Shown here piece after piece: positions 50,131-63,253 of a stretch of DNA of 64,000 bases (the first letter of the stretch is position 1; the number at the start of each line of letters is the position of its first letter). Both the position numbers and the translations under genes were made by a program. The stretch covers positions 434,001-498,000 of the forward strand of contig MU053652.1 in the NCBI GenBank assembly GCA_013239625.1, written 5' to 3'. A model generated the notes under the pieces. The model did not search any database and had not been told where the DNA came from. It was given only the letters and a program-made list of their open reading frames with translations. Source of the DNA: Lama guanicoe (taxonomy: Eukaryota).

Positions 50131-50683
50131 AGTATTACGTTAGAGCTACCAAGGTGATGCAGGGCAAAAGGTCTAGGAATTGAACAGCAGGCACCATTCT
50201 GCTACAGGCAGTTTTACCCCTACTCAGGTTCCCTGTCTAACAGACAGACACAAAGGCATTATCCTTTTTATCACAAAGCCTGTACAGGCTAGGCTGGTAG
50301 CAAAACATCTGGGTTCAAAACACCTGAGCTTCCAACTAGAGGCCAAGATTTTAATCACAGGCCAACGTAAGTGATTGTATAAGAAGTCCAAATACATTAT
50401 TAAGGGAGATTCATTACGTTAAAAAACAAACAAAAAAACCCCCCAAATCTGTTCCTATCTGACTCAGAACTGCATGAGTCATAAGATAAGAAATTCTTTA
50501 AATTTTCTCTATAATCATAGTTTTAATTTTTCTTCCCAGGCAGCATAACTTTTGTTCTTTAGTCTGTATCAGTAGCAATGCAATCTATACATTACACAGT
50601 TAGCTTTTTCATGTGACCAATTTCCAACCACTAGTGTAAAATAACAGCTCAGATTTTAGGTAAACAGGTACGGATCTGCACCT

Positions 50684-51046
50684 TGCTACGAACTGAAATG
50701 TATCCCCCCAAATTCATACGTTGAGGTCCTAAACCCCAAAGTGACAGTATTTAGAGATAGATCTTTGGGAGGTAATCATGATAGTAATGATGAAGGCGGA
50801 GCCCTCATGATGGAATTAGTACTCTTACAAGGAGACCTGAGAGAGCTCTTATTCTCTTGCTGACGTGTGAGGCCACAGCAGGGCACTTCTGAAAGCAGGG
50901 AAGAGAGCCTTTATTGGGAACTGATTTGGGAACTGAACCTTGACCTCGGACTTCCCAGCCTCCAGGACAGTGAGAAGTAAGCTTCTGTTGTGTAAGCCAC
51001 TCAGTCTATACGCATTTTGTCAAAGAGGCCCAAGCAGATTAAGACA
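50684..51046 (+). mobile_element. MaLR solo LTR (MLT1A-like)
   Basis: TG…CA termini ('tgctacgaactgaaatgtatccccccaaattcatacgttgag' … 'gcagattaagaca'); 'gacttcccagcctccaggacagtgaga'. Confidence 0.9.
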
Positions 51047-53269
51047 CGCCCTATACGCTGAGACTCTTTCTATGCTAACCTTTCTCTTATTTAACGCCAT
51101 TACTTGTACATCAAGTAGTATGTGAGTACAGACAGACATTCAACAAGCATGGATTGAGCAACGGTTGTGTGCCTCACCCTAGGCCTGGCGTTCAACACCA
51201 AAATTCTAGAGCAATAATGTTAACTGAGCACTCTGGTCCTTAACCCTTTGATAGTGTTGAATCCTGATTTGATCTAGGAACCTGGTTTCAAAAGCCTTTA
51301 CAGGTACCCACTGCTTTTATGACAATACTTTTCTGGAAAACAATAATCCTCAAAGAATCGGCCAAATTTTCTTATAAAAACAGCTATATAGCTCAAAGTT
51401 GTGATTGTGAGATATGAAATAAATGAATGTTTGCGAAAAATATTCCAAAATGTAAACACAGTAAAACTAAAACCCTGAGTAGTAGCTAGAAAATAACAAA
51501 ATTATATTCAAAATTCTACAAAATGGACAGAATGTTCTGGGTGTACAGATTACATAAAGGGCTCCAACCTACTCTAAAGTGTAAATACACAACATAAAAA
51601 CCCAACTGTACTGGACATTAAATATGACCTAATATGTTAGAACACAAGCACGCCACACACAGAACCAGCGTGTAACTTCAAGAATTAAAGGTTGTCATTT
51701 ACAGATGAGGGATAGAGGTGCAGAAGGGTGAGGGGACATGGCTAAAGACACAGAGAGCATTAGGGGAAGGAACCCAGGGCTCAGTCTCAGGGTTTTTGCC
51801 ACATTCTGTATCTCCTTTTTTCCCAGCAAGTAGACGAGTACACTGATAGAACAGTGTGTAAAGACAGTGAAAAGTATGTGAAAATTCATACTAGGTAACA
51901 ACAAGCAAAGAGCTGACTATGAAGCAGCACATCATTTTCAGGCTGATGGCATTGCTCGGAGCTCTGATGTAGCCTCAACCTGGAATAAAGCTGCATGTGA
52001 AAAGCTGTGTTAGTTGGAGCACAAATGCATCTTTCTTTAGCCAAGCCACTCAAATAAGCCTGGCCACTAAGTTTTCGTTGTAGGACGTTGTCAGGCAACA
52101 CTGGATATAAACAATAAGGTACAAGATTTTTGCTGCAGGTGCTGGGACTTTCAGAGGTGTGCAATTTTTTTTTGCCAGGAGCTACCATAAGTTATGCATT
52201 CATAAAATAACAACAGTTTTCTATAAAGAACATTTCTCAAGCTTCAAAACAGATTACCAATATTCAAGATTAAAGTAACCAATAATTTAACACTATAAGT
52301 TGAACAAATACTTTGGTTTTTCAACTACCAAGAATGATTCGAGATTTAGAAGTCGAAATTTATATAGCATTGAACTTCATCGAGTATTTTAGCTTACTGA
52401 CAATTCTGGTTATTTCTCAAATTGTTATACAATTTCCTTTTGAAAAACTTAAATCTATTCAGAGCAGAGACACTCAACAATTGATCTCAAGCAATGATTC
52501 TGTAGCTAAGCAGCTAAGTGTCATGTCTTCAAAGTAGCTCACTTGGAACAGAAAGGGGGAAGGGTGGGCATATGGGGGTCTTAGGAGGAAGACAAAGAAA
52601 GAGATCGGAACCTCTGGGGCAAAGTAAGATACTGCAGAGAAGGGTAAATGCTTTGCATAAAATTGGCAGGAAAGTGAAGATGGCTTAAGATTTTTTTTTC
52701 AGAGATTAAAAAAAGTTAGAATGACAGTGTATCTGTGAACAATTGGTGAACTTGCAGTGAAGAGTAACAGGGTTTGAGAACTTTTTTCTAAGCAAAGGAA
52801 AAATTTAAACCTAGGTAATAATTACTCTTGGTTAAATAACTGACAATGATGAGCAGTGATCTTCTGTTCCAAGCCCGTCACGTTCATCTTGTGTCCCAGA
52901 AAGCACCTACTACTTAAAAAAAAAAATTCTATTTCTAATTCCTCCGGTGGTTACATCCACCTCTTTATATAATCTGTGGAAACTGCTACTTGTTGATATA
53001 TTCATTTTAGACATTTTGTACTGACATCCTGGCTCCATGGATGGGTGAGGAATTAGCTTACTTACGTCCCCTTCCCCTCAACCCCATCCCAGCCAATTAT
53101 ACCAATCTCTCCTTCTTAGGGTAGTTATGTTATTATTTTTAGTTTTTCTACCAGTCTCTTCTTAATATATGCACACATTATCTTTACCTCAAGCAGTAGC
53201 ATTCAATGCTCTATAAACTGCTTATTTGTTTAACTCCCCCACAGATAATGAGCTCCTAACCCAGGTGAG

Positions 53270-53560
53270 AAGCAGGGTGGGGTGCAGAAAGGAAGAGGAT
53301 TATGGGGAGGAGATGCTGGAGAAACTGATACCTGAGCTGTATCTTGAGAGCTGAACTGGACAGGGACAGGAAGCAGGGGTGGGATGAGCAGAGGGCATCC
53401 CCGGAAGAGAAATGGGCAGGGGCAAAGACGCAGAAGTAGGAAAGAGCACGGTAGACTAGGAATCTGAAAAGGTTCAATAAGACAGGGGTGAGAAGGCAAG
53501 TGGTCCTTCATCACCTGGCAGGGAATTAAGCCTGCTGCAGGGAGCAGCCGTCAATAGATT
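53270..53560 (-). mobile_element. L2 fragment
   Basis: 'cctgagctgtatcttga…gagggcatccccggaagagaaatgggcaggggcaaag'. Confidence 0.6.
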
Positions 53561-55118
53561 TGGAACTGGGGAGAGAACTGCTGGCACAGGACTTTTCAGC
53601 GGTGGGTGCAGACTGTCTCATGTTTGCCCCTGTCTTAGGAACACCTCTTCCTGCTCCTACCCAGGCGAGATAACAAGTATCCTTCCCATCATCACGATGG
53701 CACAGAACATCATTCTCAGCCTCACTTTCTGAAGAGCTGAGTGGGGCTAAATTAGAGGGATGATTTTTTTTTTTCTTTTAAGACTTTAAATGAGAGAAAG
53801 AGGAATGGTATTAAATGTACATCTAAGTGAAAAAAAAGTTAAATAATTCCAGGACTTAAAATTAAACAAAAAAATAAAGAAAACACTCTAATAGTGACTT
53901 TTAAATGATACTAATAGATAATTATAATCCTCAAATAACTGTCTCAGTAGACAAGCATTTATGCACTGTATAGAGGAGATTTAACTTTTTTTTCATTTAC
54001 TGCCAATCTTACACTAACATGAGTCATATCATTTTGATATAATAACAAAGTGCCTAATTCAATCAGCTCAAACGTTAATTGATATGTTTGTAGCTGAGTC
54101 TCCAGTTAATTACCTGTCTTTTTTGTTTAATTTTGAGATTTAAGTTTGCTTCTCATCCAGGCTTGCCTGTCAGTGTCCTACATCCATCTATGACCTTCAT
54201 CTTGAGTAATTGAGGTAAAAAAACATTTTAGCAAAGCATTTTCTACTCCTGTACTTATTTAATCTATTCATGTTTTGTGATTGATCTTCCCTTTATAATT
54301 GTGTTTCTAAAGTCATATTAAGCATGCAGAGATCGTGAAATAAATGTCTCTATTGTAATGAACACTTTGTTCAAGCTAACTAAAGCCTTTTCCTCCCTGC
54401 ATTAGATCTTTTACTTATTCCTTCAAATTTATCTAAAGATTCTTCAACAGCTGTAGTTACCTAGAACTTTTATTAACACTCATTGCTTATATTGTTTTGA
54501 GAGCCTTTACATTGCCAAGTGGAATTTCTTTGAAAATTATTTATGTTCTACTTTACTCATACTATATTTACATCTAAATAAAGTCCTAGGCCTACTAGAT
54601 TTCTACTTCTCTTAATTGTTCAGTCTCAGCTGGATGAAAAAACTAAAGAGGTGTAAAGATCTAACGAAAGGCAAAACCAACACAAAACAAAATAGATTAG
54701 TTAACAGCAGTGCCGAGGACTAGAACTCAGGCCTGAGAGCTTACAAAAAGAACATGCTACTGTACATGTAACTTTCAGGAAGGCTATTGAAAGCATTTTC
54801 TTCCAATTAAAGTGTTTGGCTCACCAATCTTTACATTTTTTTCCATTTGAAAAGTGAATGATTCTTCTCATTTTTAAATTCAGTTTCATTCATTCAACAT
54901 TTATGGAGGGTCCATGATGTACTGGTAGGTGCCACAGGAGGTGAAAGTACAGAAAGTCCTGCTTTCTGCTTTTATTCTGACTCTTTCTCATTAAATATCT
55001 TAATACAGAACTCATTCCAAATAAAACCTCAGGAATTGCCCTGTTCTTTGAAAACAATATTTTGCTGTTCTTTAAACATTCTGAGTTCATAATTTCATAA
55101 ATGATAAAAATCAGTCTT

Positions 55119-55265
55119 TTTTTGTTTTTTACTTTTGTTTTTCTTTGGCAGGGGGAGGGAAGTAATTAGGTTTATTTCCTTATTTTTAGGGAGCTACTGG
55201 GGATTAAACTCACAACCTTGTGTGTGCTAAGCACGTGCTCTACCACTTGAGCTATACCCTCCCAC
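55119..55265 (-). mobile_element. Camelid tRNA-Ala-derived SINE, long form
   Basis: 'gtaattaggtttatt…ctggggattaaactc…ctctaccacttgagctataccctcc'; perfect 12-bp TSD aaaatcagtctt at 55107-55118 and 55266-55277. Confidence 0.9.
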
Positions 55266-55839
55266 AAAATCAGTCTTAATAAACAGTTTGATTCTCCAGA
55301 GAAAATCAAAAGTTATCTTCTAAACAACACAGTAACTAAAAATAGCTAAAAATGTCCTGGAGTTTCTCTTCATTATTCAGGTCTGTATACCTGCTATCTG
55401 AAACCTATATAATTTGTTTCCTACCATTTTTGTATTTTCATCTGCTTTGTATCCTTCTTTGTTATTTTCAACAATGATTGTTTTTCTTTTTCCTTTTCTT
55501 TGATTTGGCAAACGTAAGACTCCGAGCAAAGACAGTCAGTTTTAAAGCACATACTTTCCTGGTTTTAATATATCATTTCCCTCAAATAGCTGGGTATTCT
55601 GTTACCAACCTGTTACTGAAAGGGAGTGACCAGGCAACAATATAATACATGAAATATAATACAATTAATTCTAAAAGTAACAAACTAAATCTAGGGTAAA
55701 AGCACCCTATGATAAATGTCTGTGACAATAGCATAAAATTATTACAATATCAGTCAAAACTATGATGATCAGTGAAAACAAAGGTATAACTCAAGTGTCC
55801 AAAAGTACCAATTTCTGATTCATTTTTAGGCAAATTGAT

Positions 55840-55990
55840 CACAGTATGGTAGCTCTGAGAGCCAGACTACTTGGGCTCAAATTCTAGCTCTGTCACTCAG
55901 CAGCTCTGTCAATTTGAGGACGTTAAGTTCCTTAATTTCTCTGCACCTCAGTTTCCTTATCTGTTGAATGGGAGTAATAGTGCCTGAAAA
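55840..55990 (+). mobile_element. MIR SINE
   Basis: 'caaattctagctctgtcact…ctctgcacctcagtttccttatctgt'. Confidence 0.8.
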
Positions 55991-57039
55991 CAAATATTGC
56001 TGTCCAGTGCTAGGTACTGTCAACTCTGATTGTTGTAATGGATTACACAATCTTTCCAGAAACTTGATTCTTTATCCTTCATCTTTCTACATGCTTTCAA
56101 CACTAATTTGTAGGTTTTATATATTCTTTGACTTTTTATCACCTGAATACTCTTGTCCCTGTCCTGCCAATCACATCTGTCCACTTAAGCATTTTCAAAC
56201 CTGGCTCTAGGGAAATGATTCTTATTCTTTGAAATTCTGGGGTCCTGAGTGAAATGGGGGTAATAGATTTCAGGGGACAGTCTCTAATGCACATGGCCTC
56301 CCCGCCCCCTTTACTTCTCCCAACACCTTACCTCTTCTGTTAATTACATCTCCAGAAAGCAGGATTGCTTTTATCAGTGGATATTCATTGATCTCAAAAG
56401 GATAAATATACACAGATATATGACAGGTGCAAAGACAATGGGCTAGAAAGCTTGCTTTCAGCTTCTCTGGGAACAAAAGGATACTGGCTATTTTTCGTTT
56501 TTCTATTAAAGCCCTGGCCCGACCTATTTTTTTCCCTTTATTCAAAGTTAAGCCTGGAAATAATACATTTTGTTGTTTACTTAAAAAACAACAATAGAAA
56601 AGGGCCTCACCCAGTAATGAAGGGAACATAACCTTTATTCAATGCAAAGGGCACTGGATTCTATACTCATCTGGGTGCCAAACAGCTCTAAGCTTTAAAA
56701 ACTAATTACAGGAGGAGAGTGTGATTTTTCAGTCTCCCTGGCTCATTCCGTGCTCTGTGGTACTCTAACGTGCTGAATCAAGGCTGTGTCAACTACACCA
56801 CGCTGGAATACCAATGAAGAGTGTTCCCCTCTTCTCACCTTTGCTTTCAGCTTCTAATCAGCACAGAGAATGTGACAGATTAAGAAAAAAGAACCAATCA
56901 CATACAAAACAAAACAGATCTAAAAAATTGTTTCTCTCCCTGTTAAAGCAAATATAATTTGTTTTCAAACCCTGTCTGTCTGCATGCAAAATCACGGAGA
57001 AATATGTCAGGCATAATGTTCAGCAAAATAAACCAAATA

Positions 57040-57260
57040 TTGTAATTGAATTTATGTAAGATTCAAGGACAGCCAAAACTAAACTATGGTGGTAAAAGTC
57101 AGAATAGCGCTTACCTTGAGGGCAGGACTTCTGGAATGCTAAAAAAAAGTTCTCTATTTTGATCTGGGAGGTGGTTCCATGAGTAAAATCACACATAACA
57201 TTTCACTGAGTTATATCATTAAGATTATACTTTACTTCAAGTATCTAATAATTCACCAAA
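57040..57260 (+). mobile_element. L1ME/MD 3' fragment
   Basis: 'aaactaaactatggtggtaaaagtcagaatag…ttctctattttgatctggg'. Confidence 0.65.
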
Positions 57261-57961
57261 ACTTTAAAACATATATAATATATATATATATAAAATCTGT
57301 TTTGTGTTCAAACTTAAGATGAAAGGTGACACAATTCAGTGAACAAAACAGAAGTAAAGAAAGCCAAGACCTTTATTCCAGCTCTTCTAAATCAGAAGCA
57401 TGAGGTGGTACAGCGGTTCACCTCCCGATTAGCATTCTCTTTTCTGAAATAGGGCTAGAAACTCTTCCCTTTAACTCTAAGCTATTAAAGATTAATAAAA
57501 CTGATTTAAAATGTCTTTGCAAGCATAAAAGACAACAAGGAGTTAGATAATAGTAAGCCGAGGAACAGCAGGAAGGAGACTTACGTTCAATTAAAGTAAC
57601 CTGAAAAGTTGGGGAGAAAAACTTTTCCTCTAGAAGTTGCATCTAATACAACCACTCAGGTTATAGATATATTACATAAGTACTCTTACAGGGAAAGAGT
57701 GGGAATATGCTTACCCAGACCTCTTAAAAATCTTGCAGCAGAAAAGTATGATGGCAACATGGCCTGACTTCTCTCCTATGGTCAGCTTGATTATTCCTAC
57801 TTGGCGTTCCAATTAATCAATGTCTCAATCACTCTTTACCTCTCTTGATAGAAAAAATCATGAGGCTACTCTCTGCTACTCTTGCTGTGACAACATGGTC
57901 TAAATTAAGGACAAGTGTAGAGAGAGCCAGGATAGGAGATAAAATTTTAAGAATGTATATA

Positions 57962-58138
57962 ATTTTTTTTGTTTTGTTTTATTTTTTTATTTCATTTTAA
58001 TTATTTTTCTTAAGGGGGAGGGAGGTAATTAGTTGTGTGTGTTTGTTTGTTTTATTTTCAGAGGCAGTATTGGGGATTGACCCCAGGACCCTGTGCATGC
58101 TAGCACATACTTGACCATTTGAGCTATACCCTCCCCAC
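57962..58138 (-). mobile_element. Camelid tRNA-Ala-derived SINE, long form
   Basis: 'gggaggtaattag…tggggattgaccccaggaccctgtgcatgctag…gagctataccctcccc'; TSD-like aagaatgtat (57949-57958) / aagagtgtat (58139-58148). Confidence 0.88.
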
Positions 58139-58149
58139 AAGAGTGTATG

Positions 58150-59340
58150 ACTTATTTCAGATGCTGGGGGGAAACATATTCACCACAATAAAAGTTGTAG
58201 AGAAAAATATCTCTGGGATTTTGCCATAAGCAAAGATTTCTAAATAGGACACCAAATGTCTTATCTATTAAAATATATATATATATATATCTGACTTACT
58301 AAGATTCTTTAAAAGTCTGTTTATCAAAAGACATCATTAAAGACAGTAAAGAGGCAATTTGTAAAGTGGGAGAAGATGACATTATCTGTCTATCTCTTTA
58401 CTATCTATCCATCACAAAGGAGTTCTATCCAGATATATAAAGAATTCCCATAAATCAGTAGGGAAAAGAGAGCGAGCCTAATTAAAAATGGACAGTCGAT
58501 TTGAATATATTGTGAGAGCAGATATTCTAATACCCTCAAAATACATAAAAGTACATTAAAACGTGTTTAACTTCATTAGTCATGAGAGAAATGAGTAATA
58601 AAATTCAATGAGATATCTCTACAAACCTACTGGAAGGCAATAGTTCAGATGGAAAGTATCAAGTACAGGTGAGACACGGAGCCATCTGGAGCTTTCACAC
58701 ACTGCTGTCAGGGTACAGACTCTTAGCACCACTTTGGGGAACCACCTGGCAGTGTGCACTATAACTGAATATATGCGTATCCTGTGACCTAGCAATCGAC
58801 GCCTAGAATGTAAGGAATAGAAACATACACGTGTGGTTACCAAGACACATGCAGTGGAATATACACAGCAGCACTATTCGAAGCAGTGCCAAGATAGAAA
58901 CTACCCAGATACCCGTCAGGAGTAGAATAAATGAATATACATATATACACATGTACTCTCAAATAATATATTTTTAAAAAATCTGGTGTATTCACATAAT
59001 GTCATACAATATAGACTACAGAGTAACAAGGACCTGTACACAACAACGTGGATGACTTGTCAACAAAATGTGGGACAAATGAAGCCAGTCATAAAGAATA
59101 CATAACTACATGATTCCATCTATAAAGAGCCCCCAGACAGATTAAACTAATCTATGTATTTAAAGGTCAGATACAGATAGCTTCTGGAGAGGCAAACAGT
59201 GACCAGAAGGAAGCATGAGAAAGCTCTTTATTGCTTTAATCTGTTTCTTGTTGCCATTATTCTGTGTCTTGATCTGGATACTGGTTACACGATGAAAAGT
59301 ATGAAAATTTGCCAAGCTGTGCCTTTAATAAGTGCACATG
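58150..59340 (+). mobile_element. Ancient L1 (L1ME-type) ORF2 end and 3' UTR
   Basis: 'ataagcaaagatttctaaataggacac', 'aacttcattagtcatgagagaaatg', 'aactaatctatg'. Confidence 0.75.
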
Positions 59341-59344
59341 TAAA

Positions 59345-61770
59345 CTATAGGTAATGTAAGCAGAAAGATGGAAACTCTAAGAGTCACAAAGAGATACTCA
59401 ACATTAAACATGCTAAAACAAACATGAAGAATGCCTTCAATGGGCTTATTTAACAGACTGGGCATAACCGAGGAAAGAATCAGTCACCTTAAAAAAATGT
59501 CAATAAAAATTTCCAAAATTAAAACCTGAGGGGAAAAGAAAATAATGAAAAGATAGAACAGAATATCCAAGAACTGAGGAACAATTAAAAATGTGTAATG
59601 TACGTGTAGAGGGCATATCAGAAGGAGAAGAGAAAAAGAAACAAGAAATATTTGAAGTAACAATAACTGAGAATTTCTCCAAACCAATGACTAACATCAA
59701 ATCACAGATCCAGGACGCTCAGAGCATATCAAGCGTGAAAAATGCCAAGAAAATACAAACAAAAATACCATCAAAAACCAAAAAAACCCCTATACCTCAG
59801 CATATAATTTTCAAATGGCACAAAGTCAAAAACAAAGAAAGGAATTTTGCAACATTCCAGAGGAAAAAAGTATCTCACTTATAAAAAACAAGGATAAAAA
59901 TTACATTGGACTTTTCTTCAAAAACTATGGAAGTAAGAATAGGGAAGTTAAATACTTAAAGAATTAAAAAGAATCACCAACCTAAAGTTTTGAACTCTGT
60001 GAAAGTATTCTTCAAAAGTGAGGGAAAAGTAAACACTTTCTCCAACAAAAATGAAAAGAAACTGTCTTTAGTAGACCTGCCTTATAAGCAATGTTAACAA
60101 AAAAAGTTCTTTAGGGAGAAAGAAAGCAATATAGGTCAGAAACTTGGACCGATATTAAGAAAGGAAGAGAATTAAAGAAGGAGTAAGTGAAGATAAAATC
60201 TTTTACTTCTTATTCTTAATTGATCTAACAAGTAGTGGTTTGTTCAAAATAATAATGGCAACATTATATACAGTGATTATAGCTGTGGATGAATGAAAAG
60301 AATAGCAGCAATGTTGTAAGTGATGGGAGGGAGGAATTGGGACTACTTTGTTATAAGGTGCTTGCAATACCTGTTTAGTTGTATAGCGTCATTTAAAAGT
60401 AGACTTGGATCAGTTGTAAGTGTATATTACAAACTCTAGGGCAATCAGTTAAAGTAAAAAAAAAAAAGAAGCATAATTTGTACACTAAGAAAAGAGAAGA
60501 AGTGGAATCATACAAAACACTCAAAACCAAAGGCAGCAAAGCATTTTTAAAAAATCATTAAGTCTGACTTCATTAAAATGAAAACCTTCTGCTCTACAAA
60601 AAGACACTATGAAGAGAACGTAAAGACAAGGCATAGACTGGGAGAAATTTTTTGCAAAACACAATCAGTTAAAGGACTGATATCAAAATATACAAAGAAC
60701 TTTAAAAAGTCAACAATAAGATGACACACAACCCAATTTAAAAATGGTTAAAAGATCTGGACAGATATCTCACCAAAAAACACATATAGATATCAGATAA
60801 GCATATGAAAAGATGCTCAAGATCATATGTCATTAGGGAAATACAAATTAAAACAATGAGATCACTACATACCTATTAGAATGTACCAAATCTAAAACAC
60901 TATCACCACCACATGCTAGTGAGGAGGAGGAACTCTCATTCACTGCTGGTGGGAATGCAAAATGGTACAGCCACCTTGGAATACCGTTTGGCAACTTCTT
61001 ACAAAACTAAGTATGCTCTTGACATACAATCCAGCAATAACATTCTGTGGTATTTACCCAAATGAGCTGAAAACTTACACCCACACAAAAACCTGCACAT
61101 GAATGTTTACAGCAGCTTTATGTATAAATGCCAAAACTTGGAAGCAACTAAGATATCCTGCAGTAGGTGAACGGATAAACAAATTGTGGCATGTCCATAG
61201 AATGGAATATTATTCAGAGAGGAAAAAAAGTTATCAAGCCACAAAAAGACATGGAGGAAATTTAAGTGCATATTGCTAAGCAAAAGAAGCCAATATGACA
61301 AGGCTACATACTGTATGATTCCAACCACATGACATTCTGGAAAAGGCAAAACTATGCAGACAGTAAAGAAAACAGCAGATACCAGGGGTTGGAGGAGAGG
61401 AAGGCAGGGATGAACAGGAGGAGCACAGAGGATTTTTAGGGCAGTGAAACTGTAATACTGAGTAAACCTGAAATGGTTACATTCATTGCAGCCATAGAAT
61501 AGGTACAATCATTACATACTTCTCAAAACTCATAGAATGTATAACACAAAGAGTGAACCCTAAACTATAGACTTTAGTTAATAATAACATATCAATATTA
61601 GCTTACCAATTTTAACAATTGTGCCACACTAATGCAAGACATTAAAAATAGAAGAAAGTGAGGGGTGAGGGAAGGTGAGGGGATATATAGGAACTCTGTA
61701 TTTTTCACTCAATATTTTTATAAACCTAAACTGCTCCCACATGCAAATTAAATCTATCAATTAAAACACT
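59345..61770 (+). mobile_element. L1MC-type element: decayed ORF1 region joined to ORF2 end and 3' UTR
   Basis: ORF 59591-59884 'NVRVEGISEGEEK…IFEVTITENFSK…QIQDAQ…PQHIIFK' is L1 ORF1p-like; 60540-61770 is ORF2 end/3' UTR ('cattctggaaaaggcaaaactatg'). Confidence 0.85.
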
Positions 61771-62939
61771 ATAATATATAGTTTTCTTAATATCAATGCA
61801 ACTAGCTGACAAGTTTTTCTGTGATAATGTGACTAATAAGGAAGAAAACATAAATAGGAAAGCTTTAGGTTAAATTACAGGTTAGCTTTTGAGTCTCCTG
61901 ATTTGAGAAAGTTTTAAATGGCACTATAGCAATTTTTCATAGTAAAATGTTGGTAAAAATGTGGCACTATAGTGTATGAATATGGTTAACTTTGTGAAGG
62001 GTAAAGATCTGTTTATCTAAGTTGCAACCCACATTTGGAGAAAGAGATGAGCCCAGAGTTCTATGATGAATTAAAGTAAAATATTGGCCACTACCTCTTT
62101 AATTCTTTTTTCTGGTCTTTGCTTCTTTAAAGTACTTTTACTCTTTTTTCCCCCCACTATTTATTCATTCATTTGGGTAGGCAAAACCCAGTAAAAATAA
62201 ACCTAATTTTGATGGGACAAAATATTATTTTCAATTTTCCCCTCATTATACACAGCTTTAAAATGACAGAGGTAAAAATATTTCACTGTGGCAAGCCAGC
62301 CACGTGAAAATGAGTAGCTTCATCAAATTGAGTCACATCTTCATGGCCCAGTAAATAATTTAAACTGTACAAAGGTAAATGCTGAGTGATGAAGTTGAAA
62401 GAGAGACCTTACTTTTGTCAAAATAAGCAGAAAACAACTGGAGATATTACACTGTATATGAACAAACATGGGGAGTACGCTTGTATTTCTAGAAAGTTCC
62501 ACCAACAATTCTATGAACTAAAGAACAGGCTAAGAACACTGTAACATACTTACGGGCAGGAACTTAGTATTATTAATTCTCATGTTTCCCAGGTATGGCA
62601 CATAACAAGGTCCATACAAATGGTGAATAAATAAATGAATTAATGAGTAAATTATGTTTCCCTTAAGAGGGGAGAATGATGTAGAAATTAAAAGATATTT
62701 TAACTTGATTTAGCAATATCCCAAATTTGATTCATATCAATCCCTTCCTTCTAGAGTTTTGAGTACAAGCCACACTTGCATGGGACATGAGGTGTGGTAC
62801 AATAAAAACAGACTTGACTAAGTTCAGGTCATTGCTGTTTGATATTTAGAATTGATCAAAATTTCATGTAAGAAGTAATGAGCTAAACAGATGTTTTTCC
62901 TTCCCATGTTTAGTACAACTTAGAAAATTGACCCTTTAC

Positions 62940-63095
62940 CTTATGAAATCTTCTTCCTCTTCTCTCTTTGGCCTCAGCTGTTTGGGTTGAGCCATATTCA
63001 TCCAGTTTGGTAGAGATTTCAGAAGCCTGCTAATATCATCATCTTTTGCCCAAGATGCACTGATGACAAGTTTTTCTTCGGACTGGACAATGCCC
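62940..63095 (-). CDS. EXOC4: Exocyst complex component 4 (Sec8), internal coding exon, 156 nt (probably exon 13 by human numbering, from memory)
   Basis: Translates to (R)[51 protein letters not shown](R), recognised as EXOC4. Acceptor tctcttttctgttggtccttttAG (AG at 63097-63096); donor AG|GTaaag (GT at 62939-62938); phase 2 at both ends. Confidence 0.97.
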
Positions 63096-63152
63096 CTAAA
63101 AGGACCAACAGAAAAGAGACACTTCAGGACACTGCTTGGTTTCCAGCTGGCA

Positions 63153-63253
63153 TTTTTTTCATCCATCCATTCATTCATTCAAGGTACTGGGGTTTGAACC
63201 CAGAACCTCATACATGCTAAGTACGCATGCTACCACCTGAGCTATACCCCTCC
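63153..63253 (-). mobile_element. Camelid tRNA-Ala-derived SINE with a (GAAT/GGAT)n-A tail
   Basis: 'aggtactggggtttgaacccagaacctcatacatgctaag…ctgagctatacccctcc'; tail reads 'tttttttcatccatccattcattcattc' on +. Confidence 0.85.

Larger units (their letters stand above)
40804..62939 (-). other. EXOC4: EXOC4 intron, 22,136 nt, GT-AG, phase 2
   Basis: Bounded by the two exons above, whose translations are contiguous in the recalled EXOC4 protein (…[15 protein letters not shown]…). Confidence 0.93.
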
